Notes under the pieces: model-generated
Seen by the model: only the letters and a program-made list of their open reading frames with translations
What the model was told of the DNA's origin: nothing
The model's database searches: none
In this document: positions 8,219-17,670 of the stretch, piece after piece
Numbering within the stretch: position 1 is the first letter of the stretch
Layout of the letters: the number at the start of each line of letters is the position of its first letter
Assembly (NCBI GenBank): GCA_043822705.1
Contig: JBDRBK010000085.1
Coordinates: 1 to 27,162 of the forward strand
Length of the DNA stretch: 27,162 nt
Reading direction: 5' to 3'
Source of the DNA: Fidelibacterota bacterium
Lineage (GTDB): Bacteria; Fidelibacterota; Marinisomatia; Marinisomatales; TCS56
Made by a program: the position numbers and the translations under genes

Positions 8219-10083
8219 CAATGGAATACCAGTATCTGACGCGGATTAACCAGCCGGCCGATTTGAAAACGCTGTCGATTCCTGAACTTAAAGTGCTCTG
8301 CCAGGAATTACGCGATTATATCATCACCGTCGTCAACGAGACCGGCGGCCATCTGGCGCCGACCCTGGGCGCGATCGAATTGACGGTGGCGATTCATTAT
8401 GTCTATGATCTGCCGAAGGATAAAATCATCTGGGACGTCGGGCACCAGGCTTATGCCCATAAAATTCTGACCGGCCGCCGCGAGCAGTTTTCCACCGTGC
8501 GCCAGTTCGGCGGACTGAGCGGATTTCTGAAACGTTCCGAAAGTATTTACGATGTTTTCGGCGCCGGACATGCTTCCACGTCGATTTCAGCCGCCCTCGG
8601 TATCGCCGTCGGCCGCGATCAGAACGGCGCTAATTTTCGGGTGGCCGCCATTATCGGCGATGGCGCCATGACCGGCGGCCTTGCATATGAAGGGATTAAT
8701 AACGCCGGCAGTATGCGCAAGCAGTTGCTAGTGGTGCTGAACGACAATAAAATGTCTATCAGTCCCAATGTCGGTGCGCTGCGGACTTACCTCAACCGGA
8801 TCCAGACCAATCCGCTCTACAACCGGATTCGCGACGAAGTCTGGGAGCTGACCGGTTCGCTGCCGATTGGCAAATACGCCATCCGCATGGGGCTCAAGAA
8901 AATCGAGGAGAGTCTGAAAAATCTGCTGGTGCCGGGAATTTTGTTCGATGAGCTGGGCTTCCGCTATTTCGGGCCGATCGACGGCCACGATTTGGATGAA
9001 CTGATCGCCACGCTGCAGAATATCAAGGATATCAAAACTCCGGTCATGCTGCATATCAATACGAAAAAGGGTAAGGGCCTTGGCGCCGCGGAAAGCGATC
9101 CGGTCAAATACCACGGCGTGGCCGCCAATAACGGTCATGCCCCGGAAGTGAGCACGGTTCCGTCGTTTCAGGTCGTGTTCGGCGAACTGGTGCGCGAAAT
9201 TGCCCATAACCGCCAGGATACGGTCTGCATAACCGCCGCCATGCGCGAAGGCACCGGTCTGGCCCCCTATGCCGCCGAATTTCCCGAACGCTATTTTGAT
9301 GTCGGTATCGCCGAAGGACATGCCGTCACTTTTGCCGCCGGATTGGCCACCGAAAAGATTAGGCCGATCGTGGCGATCTATTCCACATTCTTACAGCGGG
9401 CCTACGATCATATCATCCATGATGTGGCGATCCAGCAGTTACCGGTAATTTTCTGTCTGGACCGCGCCGGTCTGGCCGGCGAGGATGGTCCGACGCACCA
9501 CGGCAGCTTCGACCTGGCCTTCCTGCGTACGATTCCCGGAATGGTGATCGCCACGCCGCGCGACGGCAATGAATTTCGGCACCTGCTGTACACCGCCCTG
9601 AATTACAGCGCCGGCCCGTTTGCGATACGCTATCCCAAAGCCAATGCACTCGAATATAATCGCGACGGTCAAGTCGAGCTGTTGGCGGTAGGCAGTTGGT
9701 CGGTGGAAAAATCCGGTCGGGATGTGCTGGTGCTGGCAACTGGACCTCTGGTCCATACGGCCCTTGCAGCGGCCACCGATCTGGCGAAAAACCAGATCGA
9801 TTGCGAAGTCGTCAACTGCCGCTTTGTCAAGCCGCTGGACCGGAAATACCTGGAAGCGGCCGCCAAACGCTTTAAAAAAATTGTCACGATCGAAGAGGGG
9901 ACCTCGAATGGTGGTTTCGGCGACGGAGTCACCAATTGGTTAACGGAAAATAATTTTGCCGGTAAAATTTTACGTCTTGGTATTCCGGATCAGTTCATTA
10001 CTCACGGTTCCCGCACGGAGCTGCTGAAACTGATCGGGCTCGACCGCTACGGAATCGTTAATTCGATAAAAAGTATCAGTTAA
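8215..10083 (+). CDS. dxs: 1-deoxy-D-xylulose-5-phosphate synthase
   Basis: GGHLAPTLG, WDVGHQAYAHKILTGR, GHASTSISA, ThDP motif GDGAMTGG...LNDN, YSTFLQRAYD, DRAGLAGEDGPTHHG. Confidence 0.98.
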   Translation: MTMEYQYLTRINQPADLKTLSIPELKVLCQELRDYIITVVNETGGHLAPTLGAIELTVAIHYVYDLPKDKIIWDVGHQAYAHKILTGRREQFSTVRQFGGLSGFLKRSESIYDVFGAGHASTSISAALGIAVGRDQNGANFRVAAIIGDGAMTGGLAYEGINNAGSMRKQLLVVLNDNKMSISPNVGALRTYLNRIQTNPLYNRIRDEVWELTGSLPIGKYAIRMGLKKIEESLKNLLVPGILFDELGFRYFGPIDGHDLDELIATLQNIKDIKTPVMLHINTKKGKGLGAAESDPVKYHGVAANNGHAPEVSTVPSFQVVFGELVREIAHNRQDTVCITAAMREGTGLAPYAAEFPERYFDVGIAEGHAVTFAAGLATEKIRPIVAIYSTFLQRAYDHIIHDVAIQQLPVIFCLDRAGLAGEDGPTHHGSFDLAFLRTIPGMVIATPRDGNEFRHLLYTALNYSAGPFAIRYPKANALEYNRDGQVELLAVGSWSVEKSGRDVLVLATGPLVHTALAAATDLAKNQIDCEVVNCRFVKPLDRKYLEAAAKRFKKIVTIEEGTSNGGFGDGVTNWLTENNFAGKILRLGIPDQFITHGSRTELLKLIGLDRYGIVNSIKSIS

Positions 10084-10114
10084 ATACCGCCGGTTCCGCC
10101 GGCGGTGTCGTTTT
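10084..10114 (+). terminator. Possible terminator hairpin after dxs
   Basis: Stem ACCGCCGG (10086-10093) / CCGGCGGT (10099-10106) with a 5-nt loop, followed by GTCGTTTT. The U-tract is short. Confidence 0.5.
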
Positions 10115-10140
10115 CGGTTAGACCTGCATGAGGAGATAAG

Positions 10141-11826
10141 ATGAATTCAGCCGTTCTCTTACTTTTATCCGGTTTAGGATTTATCAGCGCTTATTTTATT
10201 TACGGTAAATATTTGCGGGTAAAAATATATGAATTGGACCCGCGTCGGCCCACGCCGGCCCACCGCTTCGAAGATGGTGTGGATTTCGTGCCGGCCAACC
10301 GCTATGTGCTGTTCGGCCATCATTTCGCCTCGATCGCCGGCCTGGGACCAATCCTGGGTCCGGCGATTGCCGTAATCTGGGGCTGGCTACCGGCTCTGCT
10401 GTGGGTGGTTTTCGGATCGATTTTCATCGGCGCCGTCCATGATTTTTCGGCCCTGGCCCTGTCGTTGCGCCATGATGGTCGCTCGATCGGCGAAATCACC
10501 GAAAATCTGGTAGGACCGCGGGCCAAAATCCTGTTTCAACTGATAATTTTCTTTCTGCTGGCATTGGCGATGGGCGTGTTCGTCCTGGTCATCACCCAGG
10601 TCTTCGCTATGTATCCCCAGGGGATCATACCGACCCTGTCGCTGATTGTAATCGCCGTATTTATCGGCCTGGCGATCTATAAATACCGGCTGGCCCTGGG
10701 ACCGGTTTCGCTGGTCGGCCTGATCCTGATGTTCGCGATGATATTTTATGGCATCGGCCACCCGGTCACCGGCGTCAGTTCGGGCGCCTGGATGTGGATT
10801 CTGATCGCCTACGCCTTCACCGCCTCGGTTTTGCCGGTGTGGTTACTGCTGCAGCCCCGCGATTATCTGAATTCATTCCAGCTGTACATCGGGCTGACGC
10901 TGTTGATTCTGGGTATCTTTTTCTTCCGGTCGCCGGTGACGGCGCCAGCGATTAATACCACCGCCGGTGACCTGCCGCCTATCATGCCGTTTTTATTTAT
11001 TACGATTGCCTGCGGCGCCATCAGCGGTTTCCACAATCTGGTTTCCACCGGCACCACCGCCCGGCAACTGAACACGGAAAAGGACGCCCAGTTGATCGGC
11101 TACGGCGGCATGCTGGTCGAAGGCCTGTTGGCGGTGCTGGTGATTCTGGCGACCACGGCTGCTCTGGGGGGCGCCCAGGAATGGCAGGCACGTTACGGCA
11201 GTTGGCAGGGAATGAACGGCCTGAAACCGCAACTGGATGCCTTTATCACCGGTTCCGGCAACATCTTGTCGCACGTCGGGATACCAGTGAAATTCGGGTC
11301 CACTTTTATCGCGGTGATGGTGGTTTCCTTCGCGCTGACGACCCTGGATTCGGCAACCCGGCTGTTGCGCTACAACGTGGAAGAACTGGGGCGCACTTTC
11401 CGACTGCCGTTGCTGCAAAACCGTTATCTGGCCGCCCTGATCGCCGTGCTGGCCATCGCCTATTTCGCGTTCATGAAGATCGACGGCCGACCCGCCGGCC
11501 TGATCCTCTGGCAGTTGTTCGGCACCACCAACCAGAACCTGGCGGCCATCGGCTTTATCGGCATGACGATTTATTTACTGAAAAACGGCAAGAATTTCTA
11601 CCTGACGCTGCTGCCGTTGCTGTTCATGTTCACTGTGACGATGTACGCCATGCTGCTGAAACTGACCGAATTCCTGACGATGGAACCGCGAACCTGGTCA
11701 CTGATCGTCGTGTCTTTGATAATCATCCTGATGACGGTCTGGCTGGCCGTGGAAGGATCAATCGTATTCGGACAAGAATGGAAGAAAAGCTGCCACCGTC
11801 GATCATTACCGGGCGGATTATCTTGA
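10141..11826 (+). CDS. cstA: Carbon starvation protein A family transporter (peptide/pyruvate)
   Basis: TPAH...DGVDFVP, LFGHHFASIAGLGPILGP, GAVHDF, LPVWLLLQPRDYLN, FITIACGAISGFH, WQLFGTTNQ. GAGGAG ribosome-binding site upstream. Confidence 0.95.
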   Translation: MNSAVLLLLSGLGFISAYFIYGKYLRVKIYELDPRRPTPAHRFEDGVDFVPANRYVLFGHHFASIAGLGPILGPAIAVIWGWLPALLWVVFGSIFIGAVHDFSALALSLRHDGRSIGEITENLVGPRAKILFQLIIFFLLALAMGVFVLVITQVFAMYPQGIIPTLSLIVIAVFIGLAIYKYRLALGPVSLVGLILMFAMIFYGIGHPVTGVSSGAWMWILIAYAFTASVLPVWLLLQPRDYLNSFQLYIGLTLLILGIFFFRSPVTAPAINTTAGDLPPIMPFLFITIACGAISGFHNLVSTGTTARQLNTEKDAQLIGYGGMLVEGLLAVLVILATTAALGGAQEWQARYGSWQGMNGLKPQLDAFITGSGNILSHVGIPVKFGSTFIAVMVVSFALTTLDSATRLLRYNVEELGRTFRLPLLQNRYLAALIAVLAIAYFAFMKIDGRPAGLILWQLFGTTNQNLAAIGFIGMTIYLLKNGKNFYLTLLPLLFMFTVTMYAMLLKLTEFLTMEPRTWSLIVVSLIIILMTVWLAVEGSIVFGQEWKKSCHRRSLPGGLS

Positions 11827-11946
11827 CCGGACGCGCCTTGCTGGATCAGCGTGTGCCGGTGCAAATCCGGCCGACGCATTCCGATCGCTGGTGATTAATT
11901 TAGCGGGTGTGTAACTGTCGAATAGTAATTGTTATGAGAGCATCAA

Positions 11947-13605
11947 GTGGCAAATAAACAGAAAATATTTGATTTGGCTTTCCGGAAATGGCAGGAGGAA
12001 ATTGCTGCTGCCGGTCTCCGGGATTATAATTTTGATACGGTCAGCGGCGAGCCGGTGGATTCGCTGTACCTGCCGGAGCAGCCGTCGGACGAGTACGTCA
12101 GTGAGCTGGGTTTCCCGGGTCAGTATCCCTATACCCGGGGCGTGCATCCCAACATGTACCGCGGCCGGTTATGGACAATGCGCCAGTTCGCCGGTTTCGC
12201 CACCCCGCGGGAAACCAACCGCCGTTATCATTACCTGCTGAAATCGGGTCAGACCGGCCTGTCCGTGGCCTATGATATGCCGACCCTGATGGGTTACGAT
12301 CCCGACCACCCGTATTCCGCCGGTGAAGTGGGGAGGTGTGGCGTCAATGTTGCCTCGCTGCGGGATATGGAAATCCTCTTCGAGGGGATCGACCTGGGTA
12401 AAATTTCGGTTTCCCAGACGATCAACGGTCCGGCAGTGATCCTGCTGGCTTTTTATATCGCGGCGGCTGAAAATCAGGGCGTACCACTGGCGGCCCTGCG
12501 GGGTACTCTGCAGAACGATATCCTGAAGGAATTCATCGCCCAGAAGGAATGGATTTTCCCGCCTGAGCCGTCGATGAGGGTGATCACCGATATGATTGCC
12601 TTCTGCACCGATAACCTACCGCAGTACAACACAATCTCGATCAGCGGTTACCATATCCGGGAAGCCGGCTCCACCGCCGTCCAAGAACTGGCCTTTACCC
12701 TGGCGGACGGCTTTACCTATGTCGAATACGGGGTTAAGGCCGGGCTGGACGTGGATTCATTCGCGCCGCGCCTGTCATACTTTTTCAATTCGCATCTTGA
12801 TTTTTTCGAGGAGATTGCTAAGTTCCGGGCCGCTCGGCGCATCTGGGCCCGTCGGATGAAGGAGAAATATGGTGCCAAGGATCCCCGTTCCTGGAAGCTG
12901 CGGTTCCATACCCAGACCGCCGGTTGTACGCTGACGGCACAGCAACCGGAGATCAATATTGCCCGGACCGGGTTTCAGGCGCTGGCGGCGGTTTTGGGGG
13001 GAACTCAATCGCTGCATACGAATTCAATGGACGAAACGCTGGCCCTGCCCACGGCCAAGGCGGCGGAAATCGCTCTACGCACCCAACAGTTGATTGCCTA
13101 CGAGACCGGTGTCGCCAATGTTGTCGATCCGCTGGGCGGGTCGTGGTTTATCGAGAATCTGACTGACCGCATGGAAGCGCAGGCGGAACAGTATTTCGCC
13201 GAGATCGAAAAAATCGGCGGCGTGATTCCGGCGATCGAACAGGGTTATTTTCAACGTGAAATCGCCCGGGCGGCGTCCGAATATCAACGCAAGATTGACA
13301 GCAAGCGTCGGATCGTGGTCGGGGTGAACGAATTCGTCAAGGAAAATGAGGAAATCGATATTCAACTGCTGGAAATCGGCCGGGAAACGGAAGACCAGCA
13401 GGTCGACGCCATTAATAATTTGCATGAGACGCGCACTAACGAACGAGTGAACGCGGCACTGGCAGCCGTTACCAGCGCCTGTGCCGGAAGACAGAACATA
13501 ATGCCTCCCATTATCGATGCTGCCAAGGCCTATGCAACCTTGGGGGAAATTGTCGGTGCCATGAAAGCAGAGTTTGGAGAGTGGCAGGAAACAACCGTAT
13601 TCTAG
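11947..13605 (+). CDS. icmA: AdoCbl-dependent acyl-CoA mutase large (substrate-binding) subunit, isobutyryl-CoA mutase-like
   Basis: [73 protein letters not shown]. No DxHxxG B12-binding domain. F81 and Q199 match ICM rather than MCM (Tyr/Arg). The family call is secure; the gene symbol is an inference. Confidence 0.85.
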   Translation: MANKQKIFDLAFRKWQEEIAAAGLRDYNFDTVSGEPVDSLYLPEQPSDEYVSELGFPGQYPYTRGVHPNMYRGRLWTMRQFAGFATPRETNRRYHYLLKSGQTGLSVAYDMPTLMGYDPDHPYSAGEVGRCGVNVASLRDMEILFEGIDLGKISVSQTINGPAVILLAFYIAAAENQGVPLAALRGTLQNDILKEFIAQKEWIFPPEPSMRVITDMIAFCTDNLPQYNTISISGYHIREAGSTAVQELAFTLADGFTYVEYGVKAGLDVDSFAPRLSYFFNSHLDFFEEIAKFRAARRIWARRMKEKYGAKDPRSWKLRFHTQTAGCTLTAQQPEINIARTGFQALAAVLGGTQSLHTNSMDETLALPTAKAAEIALRTQQLIAYETGVANVVDPLGGSWFIENLTDRMEAQAEQYFAEIEKIGGVIPAIEQGYFQREIARAASEYQRKIDSKRRIVVGVNEFVKENEEIDIQLLEIGRETEDQQVDAINNLHETRTNERVNAALAAVTSACAGRQNIMPPIIDAAKAYATLGEIVGAMKAEFGEWQETTVF

Positions 13606-13620
13606 ATTCTGGGATAATAC

Positions 13621-14037
13621 ATGAAAAACCGATCCAAGATTGCCGTTGCCGTAGTGGTGGTTGTAGCACTGTTTCTGATGTGGATTACGACCGGTACGCA
13701 GGGTATGGAAGTACCATTTCTCTCGGTCGCCGAACTGCAGACCGGAAAATTCAACCAGGAACGCTTCCGGCTGGGCGGTATCGTCAAACCGGGCACAATT
13801 GTGATTGACGAAGACAACCTGCTGGATGTGGAATTTGTGCTGGAGCAGGGTGATGATGTCATAAAAGTGCATTACAGCAAGACCCGCCCGGACCTGTTTG
13901 AAGATGGCTGTGAAGTGATCGTCGAGGGTGAATATCGCAATAATGAATTCTATGCCGACAACCTGATGACAAAATGCGCCTCCCGCTACGAAGGCGATCT
14001 GCGCGACGAAAAATCCTATGAAATGAGCGAAATATGA
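13621..14037 (+). CDS. ccmE: Cytochrome c maturation heme chaperone CcmE, Cys-type (CxxxY)
   Basis: N-terminal TM anchor, FRLGGIVKPG, PDLFEDGCEVIVEG, and LMTKCASRY where canonical CcmE has LAKHDENY. Confidence 0.93.
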   Translation: MKNRSKIAVAVVVVVALFLMWITTGTQGMEVPFLSVAELQTGKFNQERFRLGGIVKPGTIVIDEDNLLDVEFVLEQGDDVIKVHYSKTRPDLFEDGCEVIVEGEYRNNEFYADNLMTKCASRYEGDLRDEKSYEMSEI

Positions 14038-16010
14038 TCCCTTCCATGCCCACGCTCGGTGCTGTTGCCCAGAATCTGGCACTCGGTTTCGCGTTATTAA
14101 CGATATTATTGCTGATTGCCTATTTACGGACCGGTGATTACCGGCTTTTCCGCAGCGGTCAGCGGGCGGCGTTGATTGTATCGGCGCTGGTCATTCTGTC
14201 CACCCTGGTACTGCTGCTGGAACTGCTGCATAGCAATTTCAATGTGGCCTATGTGGCCCATTACACCAGCACGGCGACGCCGCTGCTGTACAAGATATCC
14301 GCTCTCTGGGCCGGACAGGCCGGCTCGCTGCTGTTCTGGGTATTTGTACTGTCGATCTACAGTCTCGTTGTGATCCTGCAGAACCGGCACCGTAATCAGA
14401 ACCTGATGCCCTGGGTGATCCTGATTCTGGCGGTGACGCAATTTTTCTTTCTGACAATGACCAATTTCGTGACCAATCCGTTCGAGCCGGTGGAGGCCGG
14501 GATTATCGTGCGGGAAGGCAACGGACTCAATCCGTTGCTACAGAACGTCACCATGGCGATTCATCCGCCGACCCTCTACCTGGGATTCGTGGGTTTTACG
14601 ATTCCATTTGCCTTCGCCATGGCGGCCTTGATCGTCGGCGACACCTCGGCCGCCTGGATTCGCCTGGTTCGGCGCTGGACGCTGGTCACCTGGCTGGCAT
14701 TGAGCATCGGAATCATCCTCGGCGCCTGGTGGGCTTACCAGGAACTGGGCTGGGGCGGTTACTGGGCCTGGGACCCGGTGGAAAACGCTTCCTTCATGCC
14801 CTGGTTGACGGCCACGGCTTTCATTCATTCGATCATAATCCAGGAAAAGCGGGACATGCTGCGGGTCTGGAACATGATCCTGATCATCGTGACCTTCGCC
14901 CTCAGCATTTTTGGCACATTCCTGACGCGCAGCGGCATTATGTCGTCGGTGCATTCATTTACCGCCTCTTCGCTGGGTCCGCTGTTCCTAATCTTCGTGG
15001 GGCTGATCCTGCTGGTTTCATTCCTGATCCTGGCCAAACGTCTGCCCTTGCTGCGGACGGCCAACCGGATCGAGTCATTCGCTTCCCGCGAAAGCGGATT
15101 TCTATTCAATAATGTGGTTTTCATTGTCATGTGTTTCGCCGTCTTCTGGGGCACCATGTTTCCGGTGTTGTCGGAAGCGGTGCGGGGGACTAAGATTACC
15201 GTCGGGCCGCCGTTTTTCAACCAGGTCAACATTCCGATCGGCCTGGCGCTGTTGCTCCTGACCGGCATCGGTCCGTTATTGGCCTGGCGTCGCACGTCCC
15301 GCGCCAGTCTGACCAAACTATTCACGATTCCGGTGGGCGCCGGCCTGGTCGTCATGATCGCCCTGTTGCTGGCGGGAATCAGGGGCTATACCATGATCGC
15401 CTTCGATTTGACGGCCTTTGTTGCCGCGACGATCATACTGGAATTTTACCGGGGCATCGCGGTCCGCCGGAGAAAACACGGTGAGACGATCCTGCAGGCA
15501 TTCCGGCAGCTGATTAACAAAAACCGTAACCGTTACGGCGGTTATATCGTGCACTTCGGTGTCGTTCTGATGTTTGTCGGTTTTACCGGCACCGCTTTCG
15601 ATAAGGAGACCGAAAACGTTGTCAAGGAAGGCGATTCGTTCCATTTGGGCGGCTACGACTTCATTCTGAATCGGATCACAACAGCGGAACGGTCTAATCA
15701 TTTTGCCTGGATCGCCGATATCAGCGTCAACGAAATCGACGGCGGCAAAGTCACCCGCCTATTCCCGGAAAAACGAATTTATTTCCACCGCGATCCCGAC
15801 CAGCGCAAACGCCAGCCCCACAGTGAACTGGATATTTATACGACCTTGCGCCAGGATATCTATTCCGTGTTTACCGGTATCGACACCGAGCGTAATGCCG
15901 CTTCGCTGAAAATAATGATCAATCCCCTGGTCACCTGGGTCTGGATCGGCGGTTACATTTTCGTACTCGGAACTTTAATCGCCCTGTGGCCGGCCCGGAG
16001 GAAACAGTAA
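14034..16010 (+). CDS. ccmF: Cytochrome c synthetase / heme lyase CcmF
   Basis: WAGQAGSLLFW, GLNPLLQ, HPP, WWD motif WAYQELGWGGYWAWDPVENASFMPW, conserved His in FIHS, SVHSF and IVHFG, C-terminal NPLVTWVWIGG. Confidence 0.97.
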   Translation: MIPSMPTLGAVAQNLALGFALLTILLLIAYLRTGDYRLFRSGQRAALIVSALVILSTLVLLLELLHSNFNVAYVAHYTSTATPLLYKISALWAGQAGSLLFWVFVLSIYSLVVILQNRHRNQNLMPWVILILAVTQFFFLTMTNFVTNPFEPVEAGIIVREGNGLNPLLQNVTMAIHPPTLYLGFVGFTIPFAFAMAALIVGDTSAAWIRLVRRWTLVTWLALSIGIILGAWWAYQELGWGGYWAWDPVENASFMPWLTATAFIHSIIIQEKRDMLRVWNMILIIVTFALSIFGTFLTRSGIMSSVHSFTASSLGPLFLIFVGLILLVSFLILAKRLPLLRTANRIESFASRESGFLFNNVVFIVMCFAVFWGTMFPVLSEAVRGTKITVGPPFFNQVNIPIGLALLLLTGIGPLLAWRRTSRASLTKLFTIPVGAGLVVMIALLLAGIRGYTMIAFDLTAFVAATIILEFYRGIAVRRRKHGETILQAFRQLINKNRNRYGGYIVHFGVVLMFVGFTGTAFDKETENVVKEGDSFHLGGYDFILNRITTAERSNHFAWIADISVNEIDGGKVTRLFPEKRIYFHRDPDQRKRQPHSELDIYTTLRQDIYSVFTGIDTERNAASLKIMINPLVTWVWIGGYIFVLGTLIALWPARRKQ

Positions 16011-16283
16011 ATGGAAGCGTTTCTAATAATCGCCGTATTCATCGCCAGCGTTGTTATTGTCGCCCGGCCACTGTTGCAGGCCCCGATCCGGCAGGCGGTC
16101 GATCCAAAACTGCGCACAGAGGCGCTGGAAATGGAAAAACTGATGGTCTACCAGCAGATCAAGGTGGCCGATCAGGAATTTGAACTGGGCCTGTTGTCCG
16201 CGGAAGATTACCTGACCAGTCGCAACCAGTTGAAACTGGAAGCTTCCCGGATTATTGACCAGGCGCAACAGATCGGGCGTTAG
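16011..16283 (+). CDS. Small membrane protein resembling the CcmI N-terminal domain
   Basis: TM helix ending in RPLL, then YQQIKVADQEFELGLLSAEDY..SRNQL, resembling the CcmI cytoplasmic zipper loop (Y.DQL.ELE.D...G.I...EY...R.EL). Starts directly after the ccmF stop. Confidence 0.65.
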   Translation: MEAFLIIAVFIASVVIVARPLLQAPIRQAVDPKLRTEALEMEKLMVYQQIKVADQEFELGLLSAEDYLTSRNQLKLEASRIIDQAQQIGR

Positions 16284-16292
16284 CCAGGAAGA

Positions 16293-17006
16293 TTGATTTT
16301 GTCGAATTCCGTGCTTTCCGTTACCAACTTAAGCAAGACCTTCTATCATCGGCCGATCCTGACCGATCTGAATCTAAGCGTCGACCGGGGCGAAATTATG
16401 GCCCTGATGGGCCGCAACGGCGTCGGTAAATCGACATTTTTGCGGGTACTGGCCCGGGTTTCCGCTCCGACGCGAGGCGGGATCGAATTTCACGGCCGAT
16501 CGATTTTGCAGAGCAACCCGGAAACGCGCACCGGACTGCTGTATCTTGGTCACGCCCCCGGCCTGTACCCGGCGCTGACGGCCGTGGAAAATCTTTCGAT
16601 TATGACCGGATTATACGGATATCCGGCCGGCCGGCCTGATATACTGCAAGTTTTACAAAGGGTGGGATTGACCGCTCAAGCCTATGACCCAATCAAAATT
16701 TATTCCCAGGGGATGCTGCAACGCATCAAGCTGGCCCTGGCCCTGCTGATTGACTGGGATCTGCTCCTGTTCGACGAACCGTTTGCCGGTCTCGATGCCC
16801 AGGGAAAAGCACTGACCGAGGCGGTCCTGCAGGAATGGAAGACCCGCGGGAAAACAATGCTGCTGGTGGTCCATGATTTTGAGTGGATCTGGAATTATTG
16901 CACGCGACTGGTGATTCTGGAAGCCGGTAGTATTGGCGTCGATATCCCGATCAATCCTGATTCCCGCGATCAGGGAACCGCCTTATTCCGGGAAATGGTC
17001 GGCTGA
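16293..17006 (+). CDS. ccmA: Heme-handling ABC ATPase CcmA (exact start uncertain)
   Basis: Walker A GRNGVGKST, YLGH..GLY..LTAVENL, signature YSQGMLQR, Walker B LLFDEP. Located upstream of ccmB/ccmC. Confidence 0.9.
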   Translation: MILSNSVLSVTNLSKTFYHRPILTDLNLSVDRGEIMALMGRNGVGKSTFLRVLARVSAPTRGGIEFHGRSILQSNPETRTGLLYLGHAPGLYPALTAVENLSIMTGLYGYPAGRPDILQVLQRVGLTAQAYDPIKIYSQGMLQRIKLALALLIDWDLLLFDEPFAGLDAQGKALTEAVLQEWKTRGKTMLLVVHDFEWIWNYCTRLVILEAGSIGVDIPINPDSRDQGTALFREMVG

Positions 17007-17007
17007 G

Positions 17008-17670
17008 ATGTTCTGGCGCCTGCTGAAAAAAGACCTGCTGATTGAGCTGCGTTCGAAGGAAATCAGCGCCACGATGCTTGCCTTCGGACTGGCGGTCATT
17101 CTGATTTTCGCTTTTGCTTTCAACTTGTCGTCGGCCCTGTTCCAAACGATCGCTCCCGGCCTGTACTGGGTGATGGTACTGTTCGTTGCGGTTCTGGGGC
17201 TGCACCGGGTCTTTACCCACGAAAAAGAATTCGACACCTTCAGCGCGATTCTGTCGGCCCCGATCGACCGTGGCCTGATATTTCTGTCCAAGTGCGTCAG
17301 CGGCATCATCTTCCTGCTGATCGCCGAATTGCTGATTACGCTGCCGTTCATCCTGTTTCTGCAGGTGACGATCGAGCACAACCGGCTGCTGCTGGTGGGA
17401 TTGATTCTGCTGGGAAATGTTGGCATTATGACTATCGGCAGTTTAGTTTCGGGCTTGGCGATGCGGGCTAAAATGAGTGAAGTGCTGTTGCCGATTCTGT
17501 TGTTTCCTCTGGTCGCGCCACAGATAATAGCAGCGGTCAAAACCACCGCGGCGGTGATTGATAATCTGCCGTTTTCCGAGTGGCGCACTTGGCTGCAGTT
17601 GATGATCACCTTTGCCGGCGTTTTCGGTCTGGCCGGCTACCTGCTTTTCGAACATTTGACGGAAGAATAA
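17008..17670 (+). CDS. ccmB: CcmB permease
   Basis: LLKKDLLIELRSKE, APGLYW, EVLLPILLFPLVAP, about 6 TM helices. ATG 17008 lies 1 nt after the ccmA stop. Confidence 0.93.
   Translation: MFWRLLKKDLLIELRSKEISATMLAFGLAVILIFAFAFNLSSALFQTIAPGLYWVMVLFVAVLGLHRVFTHEKEFDTFSAILSAPIDRGLIFLSKCVSGIIFLLIAELLITLPFILFLQVTIEHNRLLLVGLILLGNVGIMTIGSLVSGLAMRAKMSEVLLPILLFPLVAPQIIAAVKTTAAVIDNLPFSEWRTWLQLMITFAGVFGLAGYLLFEHLTEE

Noticed and set aside
11855..11882. tRNA-like T-arm and 3' end
   Set aside because: The loop is TGCAAAT, not TTCRANY, and no matching acceptor 5' strand, D-arm or anticodon arm is present.
11181..11894. 237-aa alternative-frame + strand ORF in cstA
   Set aside because: Arg/Pro-rich off-frame translation. 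cstA is complete in its own frame, so there is no evidence of a frameshift.
13075..14082. 335-aa minus-strand ORF
   Set aside because: Antisense to the mutase and ccmE, which share a frame. No motifs.
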